Below, one piece after another: positions 38,137-47,873 of a DNA stretch of 49,668 nucleotides. Origin of the DNA: Armatimonadota bacterium (lineage in GTDB: Bacteria > Sysuimicrobiota > Sysuimicrobiia > Sysuimicrobiales > Humicultoraceae); contig JBBIOM010000008.1 of the NCBI GenBank assembly GCA_037443365.1, forward strand, positions 1 through 49,668, given 5' to 3'. The notes below the pieces were generated by a model. The model made no database searches and was not told the origin of the DNA. It saw only the letters and a program-made list of their open reading frames with translations. The position numbers and the translations under genes were made by a program. Position 1 is the first letter of the stretch. Each line of letters opens with the position of its first letter.

Positions 38137-40263
38137 ATGAGCAGACGCCCAGAGGCATCCAGCGGCCCACACCCTGTCACAGCGTCGGCGCGGCGGCCGG
38201 ATCCGCGTAGCCCCGTGCAGTACCTGCGGGGCGTGGGGCCCTCGCGGGCGGCGCAGTTGTCGCGGTTGGGGATCGCGACGGTCCACGACCTGCTCCTGCA
38301 CCTTCCCCGCCGTCACGAAGACCGGCGCAACCCCACGCCGCTTTGCCGGCTGACCGAGGGCGCCTACCAGGTAGCGATCGTGCGCGTCGAGCGCGTGCAG
38401 ACGGTTCGCACGCACCGCGGCACCACGCTGGTGAGGGCCGGGGTGGTGGACGCCACGGGCGCCGCGCACGCGATCTGGTTCAACCAGCCCTACCTGGGAC
38501 AGCGCCTGGCCCGGGGCCGGCAGGTCAGTCTCTACGGCCGGGTCGAGCGGTTCGGTAGGGGGCTTCAGTTCGTGTCGCCGGAGGTGGAGGTGCTGGAGGC
38601 GGACGCCGGGGCGTGGCATTCCGGCCGGCTGGTGCCAGTCTATCCCTCGACCGAGGGGCTGCCGCAACGCTCGCTCCGGACGATCCTGCGCGCGGCCCTC
38701 TCGACGTACGCGCCCGAGATCCCAGAACTCCTGCCCGAGGAGCTGCGCCGCCGCCTGCGCCTCTACGACCTGACGCAGGCCCTGTGGGCCGCGCACTTCC
38801 CCGAGGACGAGCAGGCCGCAGCCGAGGGGCGTCGCCGGCTGGCCTTCGAGGAGCTGCTCATCCTGCAGCTTGGGATCCTCCAGCAGCGGCGCGTGCTTCG
38901 CCTGACTCCCAGGCGGGCCGCGTATGCGCCGTTCGACGCCGCCGTGGCCCGGTTCCTGGCAGGGCTGCCGTTTGAGCCCACTGGCGCGCAGAAGCGCGTG
39001 ATCGGCGAGGTCCTGGGCGACATGCGGGGACAGGCGCCGATGAACCGGCTCCTGCACGGGGACGTGGGATCCGGCAAGACGATCGTGGCCGCCGCGGCGA
39101 TGCTGGCCTGCGTGGAGGGCGGCTACCAGGGAGCGCTGATGGCTCCGACCGAGATCCTGGCTGGCCAGCACTTCCTGACCCTGTCGCGCATGCTGGCGCC
39201 CCAAGGGGTGGGTGTTCACCTGCTGACCGGTAGCGCAAACGGCGCCGAACGGAGCGATGTGCAGGGCGCGCTGCGGCGCGGGGAACGCTGCGTCGTCGTG
39301 GGCACGCACGCGCTGCTGGAAGAAGGGGTGGTCTTCGAGCGTCTTGGCCTGGCTGTCGTGGACGAGCAGCATCGGTTCGGAGTGGTGCAGCGCTCGCGGC
39401 TACGGCAGAAGGGCCCTGCCCCTGATGTCCTGGTGATGACCGCGACGCCCATCCCGCGGACCCTGGCGCTCACGGTCTACGGCGACCTCGACGTGTCGGT
39501 GCTTGACGAGATGCCGCCCGGGCGGCATCCCGTCAAGACCCTGGTGCGCCCCGCTTCCAGCAGGCCCGCGGTTTACGCCTTCGTTCGCGATCAGGTCGCG
39601 CAGGGCCGGCAGGCCTTCGTCGTGTGCCCGCTGATCGAGGAATCCGAGGCGCTGCAGGTGCGATCGGCCGTGGAGCTGGCGCGCGAACTGGCGGCCGGGC
39701 CGCTTGGCGGCGTGAGGCTGGACGTGCTGCACGGCCGCCTCCCCCCTTCGCAGCGGGAGGAGCGGATGCGGGCGCTTCACGGCGGGGCGATTGACGTGCT
39801 CGTGGCCACCACCGTGATCGAGGTGGGGATTGACATCCCCAACGCCTCGATCATGATCATCGAGGATGCCGATCGCTACGGGCTTGCCCAGCTCCACCAG
39901 TTGCGCGGCCGCGTCGGGCGCGGGCCGACGCGCTCATACTGCGTGCTCATCTCCGATCCCACGACAGAGGTTGGGAGGCGCCGGCTCGAGGCGATGCTTG
40001 TGACCAACGACGGGTTCCGTATCGCCCAGGAGGACCTGCGGCTGCGCGGGCCAGGGGAGATCCTGGGTGTCCGCCAGCACGGCGTGGGAGGACTACGGGT
40101 GGCCGACCCGATAGGAGATCTCGCCCTGCTGGAGGAAGCACGGAAGGAGGCGGAGGCATTGCTGGGGTTGGACCCCGAGCTTGTCTCTCCCGAGATGGCG
40201 GGGTTGGGGAACGCGGCGCGATGTCACCTGGCGGCGCGCGCCGGCCTGGCCTCGGTGGGCTGA
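38137..40263 (+). CDS. recG: ATP-dependent DNA helicase RecG
   Basis: [64 protein letters not shown]. Start uncertain. Confidence 0.96.
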   Translation: MSRRPEASSGPHPVTASARRPDPRSPVQYLRGVGPSRAAQLSRLGIATVHDLLLHLPRRHEDRRNPTPLCRLTEGAYQVAIVRVERVQTVRTHRGTTLVRAGVVDATGAAHAIWFNQPYLGQRLARGRQVSLYGRVERFGRGLQFVSPEVEVLEADAGAWHSGRLVPVYPSTEGLPQRSLRTILRAALSTYAPEIPELLPEELRRRLRLYDLTQALWAAHFPEDEQAAAEGRRRLAFEELLILQLGILQQRRVLRLTPRRAAYAPFDAAVARFLAGLPFEPTGAQKRVIGEVLGDMRGQAPMNRLLHGDVGSGKTIVAAAAMLACVEGGYQGALMAPTEILAGQHFLTLSRMLAPQGVGVHLLTGSANGAERSDVQGALRRGERCVVVGTHALLEEGVVFERLGLAVVDEQHRFGVVQRSRLRQKGPAPDVLVMTATPIPRTLALTVYGDLDVSVLDEMPPGRHPVKTLVRPASSRPAVYAFVRDQVAQGRQAFVVCPLIEESEALQVRSAVELARELAAGPLGGVRLDVLHGRLPPSQREERMRALHGGAIDVLVATTVIEVGIDIPNASIMIIEDADRYGLAQLHQLRGRVGRGPTRSYCVLISDPTTEVGRRRLEAMLVTNDGFRIAQEDLRLRGPGEILGVRQHGVGGLRVADPIGDLALLEEARKEAEALLGLDPELVSPEMAGLGNAARCHLAARAGLASVG

Positions 40264-40268
40264 GCGCG

Positions 40269-41336
40269 GTGAGCCCGCGCCGCAGGCCCCCGGGCGGGGC
40301 CCCGCGCAGGGAGGCGCGCGGCCAGGTGCGCCCCACGTCTGCGCGGGTGCGCACCGGGTTGTACGATTCCCTGGGAGAGTGGGTGGTCGGGCGGCGCGTG
40401 CTCGACCTGTTCGCGGGGAGCGGAGCGCTGGGCGTAGAAGCCCTCCGGCGGGGCGCGTGCCGCGTGGTCTTCGTGGAGCACGACGCGGCGCAGGCGCGGG
40501 CGCTGCGGGAGCGCTTGGAACGCCTGGGGATGAGACGTTGCGCAGTTGTGCTGCGCGGGGATGCCCTGGAGGCGGCAGGCCGCCTGGGCCGTGCGGGCGA
40601 GGCGTACGATCTGGTGCTCCTCGACCCCCCATACGGGACGGGGCTCGTAACCCGATCCCTGGCTGCGATCGCCGACTCCGGGGTCCTGGCCCCTGGGGGG
40701 CTGGTTGTGGCAGAGGGGCACTGGAGGGACAGGCCCGTTCTGCCTGCCGGCCACGAGGTGGCGCGAGAGGCGCGGTACGGCGAGACCGCGCTGTGGTTCA
40801 TTCGAAAAAGCGACCGCCCCCGCACTGCGCGGGAGAAAGGAGCCGGCATGCGCACCGCCGTCTACCCTGGGAGCTTCGATCCCGTTCACCACGGACACAT
40901 GGAGGTCATCCGGAGGGCAGTCCGACTGTTCGACCGGGTCATCGTGGCGGTTGCGGAGAACATCGACAAGGGATTGGGTTCCTTCAAGTTCGAGGACCGC
41001 GTGGCGATGCTGCGTGAGGCGCTGGCGGTGATGCCCACGGTGGAGGTCGCGTCCTACAATGGGCTGACCGTTGACTTCGCGCGCTCGCGCGGAGCGACAT
41101 GCCTGATAAAGGGCCTGCGCGCCGTCGGGGATTTCGACTACGAGCTCAAGCAGTCGGCGATGAACCGCCTGCTCGCCCCAGACCTCGACACGCTGCTGTT
41201 CATCGCCGATCCGGAGTTTGCGTTCATCTCATCATCGCTGATCCGCGAGGTGTCGGTGCTGGGTGGTGACGCGAGCGGGCTGGTGCCCCCGGCGGTCGCC
41301 GAGCGCCTTCAGGCCCGGTGGCCGAGGCGGGAGTAG
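40269..41336 (+). CDS. rsmD: RsmD (16S m2G966 methyltransferase) fused in frame to CoaD
   Basis: RPTS.RVR, LDLFAGSGALGVEAL, LDPPY, YGET, then no stop before the CoaD region. Start uncertain (40221 or 40269). Confidence 0.8.
   Translation: MSPRRRPPGGAPRREARGQVRPTSARVRTGLYDSLGEWVVGRRVLDLFAGSGALGVEALRRGACRVVFVEHDAAQARALRERLERLGMRRCAVVLRGDALEAAGRLGRAGEAYDLVLLDPPYGTGLVTRSLAAIADSGVLAPGGLVVAEGHWRDRPVLPAGHEVAREARYGETALWFIRKSDRPRTAREKGAGMRTAVYPGSFDPVHHGHMEVIRRAVRLFDRVIVAVAENIDKGLGSFKFEDRVAMLREALAVMPTVEVASYNGLTVDFARSRGATCLIKGLRAVGDFDYELKQSAMNRLLAPDLDTLLFIADPEFAFISSSLIREVSVLGGDASGLVPPAVAERLQARWPRRE
40848..41336 (+). CDS. coaD: Phosphopantetheine adenylyltransferase (own internal start)
   Basis: SD AAAGGAG 5 nt before ATG 40848. 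AVYPGSFDPVHHGH, KGLRAVGDFDYE, ISSSLIREV. Confidence 0.92.
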   Translation: MRTAVYPGSFDPVHHGHMEVIRRAVRLFDRVIVAVAENIDKGLGSFKFEDRVAMLREALAVMPTVEVASYNGLTVDFARSRGATCLIKGLRAVGDFDYELKQSAMNRLLAPDLDTLLFIADPEFAFISSSLIREVSVLGGDASGLVPPAVAERLQARWPRRE

Positions 41337-41339
41337 CCC

Positions 41340-41804
41340 GTGGACACAGTGCTCGAACTGCTCGATCGGCTCGAGAGCGCGCTGCGGCGTCATCTGGCGG
41401 GCCTCCCGGGCGATCGCCGCAAGGCCATGGAGGACGAGATCCTGGGCCTGATTCGAATGGCGCGCGCGGCGCTGCCCAGGGAACTGCACCAGGCGTCCCG
41501 GCTCATGGAGGAGGCGTCGCTGTCCCTGGCGCGCTCCCGGGAGGAGGCGCGCCGGATCGTCTTGGACGCGCAGGCGCACGCGCGCTCGCTTGCCGAGGCC
41601 GGCCTGGCCCGCGGGTGCGAAGCCGAGGGCGCCGCCCTGAAAGAGGAGGCGAGGCGTGAGGCCGAACGCATCCAGCGGGGGGCGGACGAGTATGCCGCCA
41701 CGGTGCTTGCGCGCCTGGAGGCCGAGACGGAGAGGGTCCTGGCCGCGATCCGCCGGGGACAGGAGGTGCTGCGCTCGACGGGGGCGCGAAGCAGGGGGGC
41801 GTGA
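41340..41804 (+). CDS. Coiled-coil protein, SepIVA/DivIVA-like
   Basis: ELLDRLE, LPREL.QA, A.EEARRIV, EAERIQRGADEYA..VLARLE, IRRGQEVL. Lies in the conserved coaD-X-yceD position. Confidence 0.7.
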   Translation: MDTVLELLDRLESALRRHLAGLPGDRRKAMEDEILGLIRMARAALPRELHQASRLMEEASLSLARSREEARRIVLDAQAHARSLAEAGLARGCEAEGAALKEEARREAERIQRGADEYAATVLARLEAETERVLAAIRRGQEVLRSTGARSRGA

Positions 41805-41818
41805 GCGGCGGCAGTTCA

Positions 41819-41848
41819 TTGACACTCGAAAAACGAGGTCCCTATAAT
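41819..41848 (+). promoter_or_regulatory. Consensus sigma-70/SigA promoter for yceD-rpmF-plsX-fab
   Basis: TTGACA(41819-24)-18 nt-TATAAT(41843-48) in an AT-rich patch. Confidence 0.85.
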
Positions 41849-41875
41849 GGGCATGTTCTGTGAAGCGCGCCTGCC

Positions 41876-42307
41876 GTGAGAGTGGATCTCCGCTCCGTAC
41901 GCGCCGAACGCGGCTCCGTGCTCGTCGTGAGATGCCATGAGCCGGTGGCAAGCGGGATAGACGAGACGCCGTTCGTCGGGCCCGTCGAGGGAACCCTCTC
42001 GCTCGCCAACCTGGGGGATTCCCTGCGCGTGGAGGGCAGGTTGCAGACGCGGGTGGATCTGACATGCGACCGCTGCGCGAGGCCGTTCCGCGTCGTGGTC
42101 GAGGCGCACGTGCAGGAGAACCTGGCCTGGGAAGGCGGCGAGTTCCTCGCGACGGGGCACGGCGCAGCCGCGCTGGACGTGGATGCTTTGGCTCGAGAGC
42201 TACTGGTCCTGGCGCTGCCCCTGTCGGCGCGCTGCAGCCCCGATTGCCCCGGGCTGTGCGGCACGTGCGGGGCCGATCTGAGATCCGGCCGGTGCGCGTG
42301 CGGGTGA
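41876..42307 (+). CDS. yceD: YceD/DUF177 family protein
   Basis: CDRC, LALP…CSPDCPGLCGTCGADL..C.C. Upstream of rpmF. Confidence 0.9.
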   Translation: MRVDLRSVRAERGSVLVVRCHEPVASGIDETPFVGPVEGTLSLANLGDSLRVEGRLQTRVDLTCDRCARPFRVVVEAHVQENLAWEGGEFLATGHGAAALDVDALARELLVLALPLSARCSPDCPGLCGTCGADLRSGRCACG

Positions 42308-42344
42308 TTGCGCGCCCAGGCGCGGAGACGTTGGAGGGAGTTTG

Positions 42345-42545
42345 GTGGCACAGAAGAGACGACATCCGAAGTCAAGAACGGGGTCCCGCCGAAGCCAGTG
42401 GAAGGCAGCGGCGATCAACCTTATCACGTGTCCGCAGTGCAAGGCCCGGATAACTCCACACCGGGCCTGTCCTTCCTGCGGCTTCTATGGCGGGCGTGAA
42501 GTGATCACAATAAAGAGCCGCCAGTCGAAGAAGAAGGAAGCGTAG
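42345..42545 (+). CDS. rpmF: 50S ribosomal protein L32
   Basis: SD GGAGG. Basic N-terminus, CPQC…PHRACPSCGFYGGREV. Confidence 0.93.
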   Translation: MAQKRRHPKSRTGSRRSQWKAAAINLITCPQCKARITPHRACPSCGFYGGREVITIKSRQSKKKEA

Positions 42546-42567
42546 TGCCGAAGGCGCCGACGCGGCG

Positions 42568-43593
42568 ATGAGGATCGCCGTGGACGCGATGGGCGGGGAT
42601 CACGCTCCCGGCGCCATCGTGGAGGGAGCGATGCATGCCGCTCGTGACTTCGGCGTGCGGCCGGTGCTTGTGGGCGACCCCGCCAGGATCGCGACTGAGC
42701 TTCGCCGCATCGGTGCGGGCGAGTCCGCGATTGAGATCGTCGAAGCCCTCGATGTCATCGAGATGCATGAGCACCCGGCGATGGCACTGCGCAGGAAGCG
42801 TCGGAGCAGCATCGCCCTGGCCGTGCAGCAAGTCCGGGAGGGCCGTGCCGACGCCGTCGTCAGCGCAGGGCACACGGGCGCGGTGCTGGGCGCGTGCCTG
42901 CTGTACCTGGGGCGCATCAAGGGGATAGATCGGCCGGCCGTGGCGGCAGTGCTGCCGAGCGCCGTGGGCAGGCCGCTGGTGCTGCTGGACGCGGGGGCGA
43001 ACGTGGACTGCAAGCCGCAGCATCTGGTGCAGTTCGCTCAGATGGGCAGCATCTACGCGCGAGAGGCGCTGGGGGTACCCCTGCCGCGCGTGGGCCTTCT
43101 CAGCAACGGCGAGGAGGACACCAAGGGCAACGACGCGACGATTCGCGCCGCGGGCGTCCTCCGCGATTCCGGCCTCAACTTCGTGGGCAACATCGAGGGC
43201 AAGGACCTCTTCTTCGGCCTTGCGGACGTCGTGGTCTGTGATGGCTTCGTGGGCAACGTCGTGTTGAAGTGCGGCGAAGGACTGGTCCTGGCCATTCGCC
43301 AGATCTTCGCCTCGGAGCTTGGGGGCTGGCGAGGGCGCCTGCTGTCGGTCTGCCTGCTTCCCCTGCTCGGTTCGGTCCGGGGTGTCTGGAGGCGGCTCGA
43401 CTACCGGGAGCAAGGGGGCGCGCCGCTGCTCGGCGTGGAAGGGGTGTGCGTCGTGGCCCACGGCCGATCCGGAGCCCTTGCCGTGCGCAACGCGATTCGC
43501 GCCGCAGGCGAGGCCGCCACGCATCGGGTGCCTGCGCTCATCAGCGCCGCCATGCGCGAGCGCGAGGCAGCGGCCGCGCCGGGCGCGGGGTGA
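42568..43593 (+). CDS. plsX: Phosphate acyltransferase PlsX
   Basis: MRIAVDAMGGDHAP, VSAGHTGA, LDAGAN, DGFVGNVVLK, GGAPLLG. Confidence 0.97.
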   Translation: MRIAVDAMGGDHAPGAIVEGAMHAARDFGVRPVLVGDPARIATELRRIGAGESAIEIVEALDVIEMHEHPAMALRRKRRSSIALAVQQVREGRADAVVSAGHTGAVLGACLLYLGRIKGIDRPAVAAVLPSAVGRPLVLLDAGANVDCKPQHLVQFAQMGSIYAREALGVPLPRVGLLSNGEEDTKGNDATIRAAGVLRDSGLNFVGNIEGKDLFFGLADVVVCDGFVGNVVLKCGEGLVLAIRQIFASELGGWRGRLLSVCLLPLLGSVRGVWRRLDYREQGGAPLLGVEGVCVVAHGRSGALAVRNAIRAAGEAATHRVPALISAAMREREAAAAPGAG

Positions 43594-43598
43594 GACCA

Positions 43599-44630
43599 GT
43601 GACGACCCGCAGTTCGACGATTGCCGGCATCGGGCGTGGGATCCCGCCGGGTATTCTTGCGAACAGCGACCTCGAACGGATGGTGGACACAAGCGACGAG
43701 TGGATACGGACGCGCACCGGGATCCGCGAGCGGCGCATCGCGGCGCCTGAGGTAGCCGCGTCGGACCTGGCCTGCGAGGCGGCGGTGGAGGCGATGGCCG
43801 ACGCCGGGGTTGGAGCGGACGATCTCGATCTCATCGTCGTGGGAACCGCAACTCCCGACATGCTCTTCCCGGCCACGGCGTGCCTCGTGCAGGACCGGCT
43901 GGGCGCGAAGCGCGCCGGTGCGTTCGACGCGTCCGCGGCGTGCAGCAGCTGGGCCTACGGGGTGGCCGCAGGACATGCGGCCATCGTCTCCGGCAGGGCC
44001 GAGACCGTGATGGTAATAGGCACCGAGGTACTGTCGCGGATCACCGACTGGAGTGACCGCGCCACGAGCGTACTCTTCGGCGATGCCGCGGCCGCCGTGG
44101 TCCTGCGCCCTTGCCCGCCCGGGCAGGGCTTCCTGGCATTCCATCTGGGCGCGGACGGCGCCGGCGCCTCACTCATCGAGCTTCCAGCCGGCGGCTCGCG
44201 CCGTCCCCCGGGGCCCGAAACGGTGGCCGCGCGCATGCACTTCATCAGGATGAACGGTCGCGAGGTCTACAAGTTCGCCGTGAGGGCCATCCCGCGCGCC
44301 ATCGCGCAGGTCATCGCGCAGGCGGGCCTTACGGTCGGGGACGTGGACTGCTTCGTGCCTCATCAGGCGAACGTGCGCATCATCGAGGCCGCGGCCGAGC
44401 GCCTGGGCCAGCCCATGGAGCGGTTCTTCGTGAACGCGGATCGGTACGGCAATACCTCGTCGGCCTCGGTCCCGGTAGCGCTGTATGAGGCCGTGGAGCA
44501 GGGACAGGTGCGCCCGGGGAGTCTGGTGGCCTTCGTGGCGTTCGGTGCCGGCCTGACCTGGGGCGCGGGCCTGATCCGCTGGACGGATGACTCGGCCCTA
44601 TCACGGCGCGCCGGGGCAGGCGCGCGGTGA
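43599..44630 (+). CDS. fabH: 3-oxoacyl-ACP synthase III
   Basis: DTSDEWIRTRTGI, AAC, LFGD, PHQAN, YGNTSSAS, FGAGLTWG. GTG 43590 is an alternative start. Confidence 0.96.
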   Translation: MTTRSSTIAGIGRGIPPGILANSDLERMVDTSDEWIRTRTGIRERRIAAPEVAASDLACEAAVEAMADAGVGADDLDLIVVGTATPDMLFPATACLVQDRLGAKRAGAFDASAACSSWAYGVAAGHAAIVSGRAETVMVIGTEVLSRITDWSDRATSVLFGDAAAAVVLRPCPPGQGFLAFHLGADGAGASLIELPAGGSRRPPGPETVAARMHFIRMNGREVYKFAVRAIPRAIAQVIAQAGLTVGDVDCFVPHQANVRIIEAAAERLGQPMERFFVNADRYGNTSSASVPVALYEAVEQGQVRPGSLVAFVAFGAGLTWGAGLIRWTDDSALSRRAGAGAR

Positions 44631-45568
44631 TAGCGTTCGTCTTTCCCGGGCAAGGGGCCCAGCACGTGGGCATGGGCGTTGACCTGGCCGAGCGACACGT
44701 ACCGGCGCGCCGCGTCTTTGAAGAAGCCAGCGACTCGGTTGGGTACGACCTGCTCGCGCTCTGCCGCGACGGCCCGGAGGAAGTGCTGCGCGAGACTCGG
44801 AACACGCAGCCCGCCGTCCTTGCGTGCAGCCACGCGGCGGCCGTCGCGCTGGCCGAGGAGGGCATTCGGCCCGACATAGCGGCGGGCCTCAGCCTGGGCG
44901 AGTACGCGGCGTTCGTGACAGCCGGGGCGCTTTCGTTCGGCGACGCCGTCGCTCTTGTGCAGCAGCGCGGGAGGTTCATGCAGGAGGCGGTGGAGGGACG
45001 GCGCACGGCGATGGCGGCCGTGATGGGGCTGCCTTCCGAACAGGTCGAGGAGATATGTCATCGGACACCGGGCGTGGTCGAGGCGGCCAACTTCAACGCG
45101 CCCGGGCAGGTGGTCATTGGCGGGGAGGAGGAGGCTGTTGAGAACGCATCGGCGCGGCTGCTGGCGTCCGGAGCGCGGCGGGTCACACGCCTGGCCGTCA
45201 GCGCGCCGTTCCACACCTCCTTGATGAAGCCGGCGGTAGCGCGCCTCGCGCTGGCACTCGAGCGGGTGACCGTTGGACCGGCCAGGATTCCGGTTGTTGT
45301 CAATGTGACGGGGCGGCCGGTGCGCGAGGCGGCGCATGTACGATCGGCGCTCCTCGAACAGGTGGCGGCGCCCGTGCGGTGGGAGCAGTCGGTAAGGGAG
45401 CTGCACGCCATGGGCACCGGGACCTTCGTCGAGGTGGGACCCGGAACGACGCTGGCCGGGCTCATCCGGCGGACGATTCAGGGTGCCGAGGTGATCTCGG
45501 TCCGTGACCGTGCCTCGCTCACGGCGGCGCTGGAGAGTCTGCGTCAGCGCGCCGTGGGCCTGAGATAG
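44627..45568 (+). CDS. fabD: Malonyl-CoA:ACP transacylase
   Basis: FPGQGAQ, TQPA, GLSLGEY, VSAPFHT, EVGPG. Confidence 0.96.
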   Translation: MIAFVFPGQGAQHVGMGVDLAERHVPARRVFEEASDSVGYDLLALCRDGPEEVLRETRNTQPAVLACSHAAAVALAEEGIRPDIAAGLSLGEYAAFVTAGALSFGDAVALVQQRGRFMQEAVEGRRTAMAAVMGLPSEQVEEICHRTPGVVEAANFNAPGQVVIGGEEEAVENASARLLASGARRVTRLAVSAPFHTSLMKPAVARLALALERVTVGPARIPVVVNVTGRPVREAAHVRSALLEQVAAPVRWEQSVRELHAMGTGTFVEVGPGTTLAGLIRRTIQGAEVISVRDRASLTAALESLRQRAVGLR

Positions 45569-45578
45569 CCGGGGCGCC

Positions 45579-46328
45579 GTGGGCCGGCTCGACGGCAGGG
45601 TCGCGGTCGTCGCGGGCGCCTCGGGCGAGATCGGCGAGCGTGTCGCTTTGGCGCTGGCGCGCGAGGGCGCAGTGCTGGTTGTGCACTGCGGCCCGGACCG
45701 CGCGGCTGCCGTTGCCGTGGCCGCCGGGATTGAGGCGTCGGGGGGGCAGGCGCGGCCGGTGGCCGCCGATCTATCCCGCCCCGACGAGGCAGAAGGCGTC
45801 ATCACAGCGGCTCTGGAGGCATGCGGCAGGCTGGACATCCTCGTGAACAACGCGGGAACCGCGCGCGACGGTGCGGTGCTCCGGATGAGCGATGACGCCT
45901 GGCAGGCCCTCCTGGACGTGGGCCTCAGCGGCGCCTTCCACTGCATCCGGGCCGCGTTGCGCGAGTTCGTGCGCCAGCGGCGCGGGCGGATCATCAACAT
46001 CGCCCCGGCCCCCGTGCAGGGAGGCAGCGCCGGGCAGGCGAACTACGTGGCCGCCAAGGCAGGCCTGATCGGGCTGACGCGGGCAGTGGCGCGCGAAGTC
46101 GGGACGCGCGCCATCACCGTCAACGCGGTGGCCCCGGGCTACGTCGCGGCGGGCGCATCCGATGACCCTGCTGGAGGGGTTGCCGCGCGCTCCCTGGCGC
46201 AGATACCGTTGGGGCGGCCGGGCACTCCCGATGAGGTCGCCGCCGCCGTAGTCTTCCTGGCGTCGGATGAGGCAGGGTACATTACCGGACAAGTCCTGCA
46301 CGTGGACGGCGGAATGACCATGTACTGA
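45579..46328 (+). CDS. fabG: 3-oxoacyl-ACP reductase-like SDR (degenerate active site)
   Basis: LVNNAG, GQANYVAAK, VNAVAPG, YITGQVLHVDGG, in the fab operon position. Catalytic Ser and Asn appear substituted. Confidence 0.85.
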   Translation: MGRLDGRVAVVAGASGEIGERVALALAREGAVLVVHCGPDRAAAVAVAAGIEASGGQARPVAADLSRPDEAEGVITAALEACGRLDILVNNAGTARDGAVLRMSDDAWQALLDVGLSGAFHCIRAALREFVRQRRGRIINIAPAPVQGGSAGQANYVAAKAGLIGLTRAVAREVGTRAITVNAVAPGYVAAGASDDPAGGVAARSLAQIPLGRPGTPDEVAAAVVFLASDEAGYITGQVLHVDGGMTMY

Positions 46329-46346
46329 CCGAAGGAGGAGGCACTC

Positions 46347-46595
46347 ATGGCAACTGTGTTCGAACGGGTCAAGGCGAAGGTAGCCAGCCAACTAGGCATA
46401 GACGAAGGCGGGATCACACCGGAGTCCTCGTTCATCGAGGACCTGGGCGCGGACTCGCTCGATGTAGTCGAGCTCGTGATGGGGCTGGAAGACGAGTTCG
46501 GCATCACGATCCCCGATGATCAGTCCGAGAAGATCGTCACCGTGGGTGATGCCGTGGCGTTCATCGAGCGGCACGTCAAGGAGTCGGCGCAGTAG
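46347..46595 (+). CDS. acpP: Acyl carrier protein
   Basis: [33 protein letters not shown]. Confidence 0.97.
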   Translation: MATVFERVKAKVASQLGIDEGGITPESSFIEDLGADSLDVVELVMGLEDEFGITIPDDQSEKIVTVGDAVAFIERHVKESAQ

Positions 46596-46622
46596 CGCCC
46601 TCTGGAGCCAGAGGCCTTCCGG

Positions 46623-47873
46623 TTGTCCGGCGTGCGAAGGCGGGTCGCCATCACGGGCCTGGGAGTCGTGAGCCCGATAGGCATCGGGCACAGCGAGTTC
46701 TGGTCCGGGCTGCTCGAAGGGCGATCGGGAGTGGATCGGATCGGCGCGTTCGATGCCACAGGGTACGCGACACGGATCGCCGCCGAGGTGCGCGACTTCG
46801 ACCCCCTGGCCTTCATGGACCGCAGGGAGGCGCGGCGCAACGACCGGTTTGTGCAGTTTGCCTACGCGGCGGCCCGGATGGCTCTCGACGATGCCGGCTA
46901 CGTGGTAGATTCGACGAACGCCCCCCGCATCGGCGTCATGATCGGATCGGGCATCGGGGGCGCAACGACATGGGAGGAGCAGCACCGGCAGTTGATCCTG
47001 AAGGGGCCCGAGCGGGTCTCGCCGTTCTTCGTCCCGATGATAATCTCGAACATGGCCAGCGGGGTGACGTCGATCCTGACCGGCGCGAAGGGTCCAAGCT
47101 CGTGCGTGGTGACGGCCTGCGCCACCGGCGGCAACGCGATTGGGGATGCGGCGCGGCTGATCGAGCGTGGTGATGTGGACGCGATGCTGGCCGGGGGCGC
47201 GGAGGCCGCCATCACACCGTTGGCCGTGGCCGGATTCTGCTCGATGCGGGCGATGTCCACCAGGAACGACGAGCCGCAGCGCGCGTCGCGGCCGTTCGAC
47301 TTGGGACGCGACGGCTTCGTGATGGGCGAAGGCGCCGGCGTGATGCTCCTCGAGGCGCTGGAGCTTGCCGAGGCACGCGGGGCCGAGATCTACGGCGAGG
47401 TGATTGGCTACGGCGCAACCGCGGACGCCTTCCACATCACGCAGCCGGATCCCGATGGCGACGGCGCAGCCAGGAGCATGGCCCAGGCGCTGTCCGACGC
47501 CGGGGTCGAGCCGGACGAGGTTGATTACATAAACGCGCACGGCACCAGCACGCCCTACAACGACCGGCTCGAGACGCTGGCCATCAAGCGCGTCTTCGGC
47601 GCGCACGCGCGGCGCCTGGCGGTGAGCTCTACGAAGTCCATGATAGGGCATCTGATGGGAGCGGCAGGTGGCGTGGAGCTCATCGCGTGCGCCCTGGCCC
47701 TGCGTCACCAGATGATGCCGCCCACGATCAACTATGAGGTTCCCGATCCCGAGTGTGATCTCGACTACGTCCCGAACGCGGCCCGCCCCGGACGGTTGCG
47801 CACCGTGATGTCCAACGCGTTCGGGTTCGGAGGCCACAACACCACTCTTGTGCTGAGGGGGAGCGATGCGTAG
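46623..47873 (+). CDS. fabF: 3-oxoacyl-ACP synthase II
   Basis: [42 protein letters not shown]. Confidence 0.97.
   Translation: MSGVRRRVAITGLGVVSPIGIGHSEFWSGLLEGRSGVDRIGAFDATGYATRIAAEVRDFDPLAFMDRREARRNDRFVQFAYAAARMALDDAGYVVDSTNAPRIGVMIGSGIGGATTWEEQHRQLILKGPERVSPFFVPMIISNMASGVTSILTGAKGPSSCVVTACATGGNAIGDAARLIERGDVDAMLAGGAEAAITPLAVAGFCSMRAMSTRNDEPQRASRPFDLGRDGFVMGEGAGVMLLEALELAEARGAEIYGEVIGYGATADAFHITQPDPDGDGAARSMAQALSDAGVEPDEVDYINAHGTSTPYNDRLETLAIKRVFGAHARRLAVSSTKSMIGHLMGAAGGVELIACALALRHQMMPPTINYEVPDPECDLDYVPNAARPGRLRTVMSNAFGFGGHNTTLVLRGSDA

Noticed and set aside
37990-39372. Apparent 524-aa minus-strand ORF ending in the L28 sequence
   Set aside because: The upstream part is antisense to recG. 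rpmB has its own promoter and ATG at 37989, so this is not a real fusion.
40803-40810. CGAAAAAG as a programmed frameshift separating rsmD and coaD
   Set aside because: Shifted frames do not terminate until about 41017-41031, giving no sensible RsmD end.
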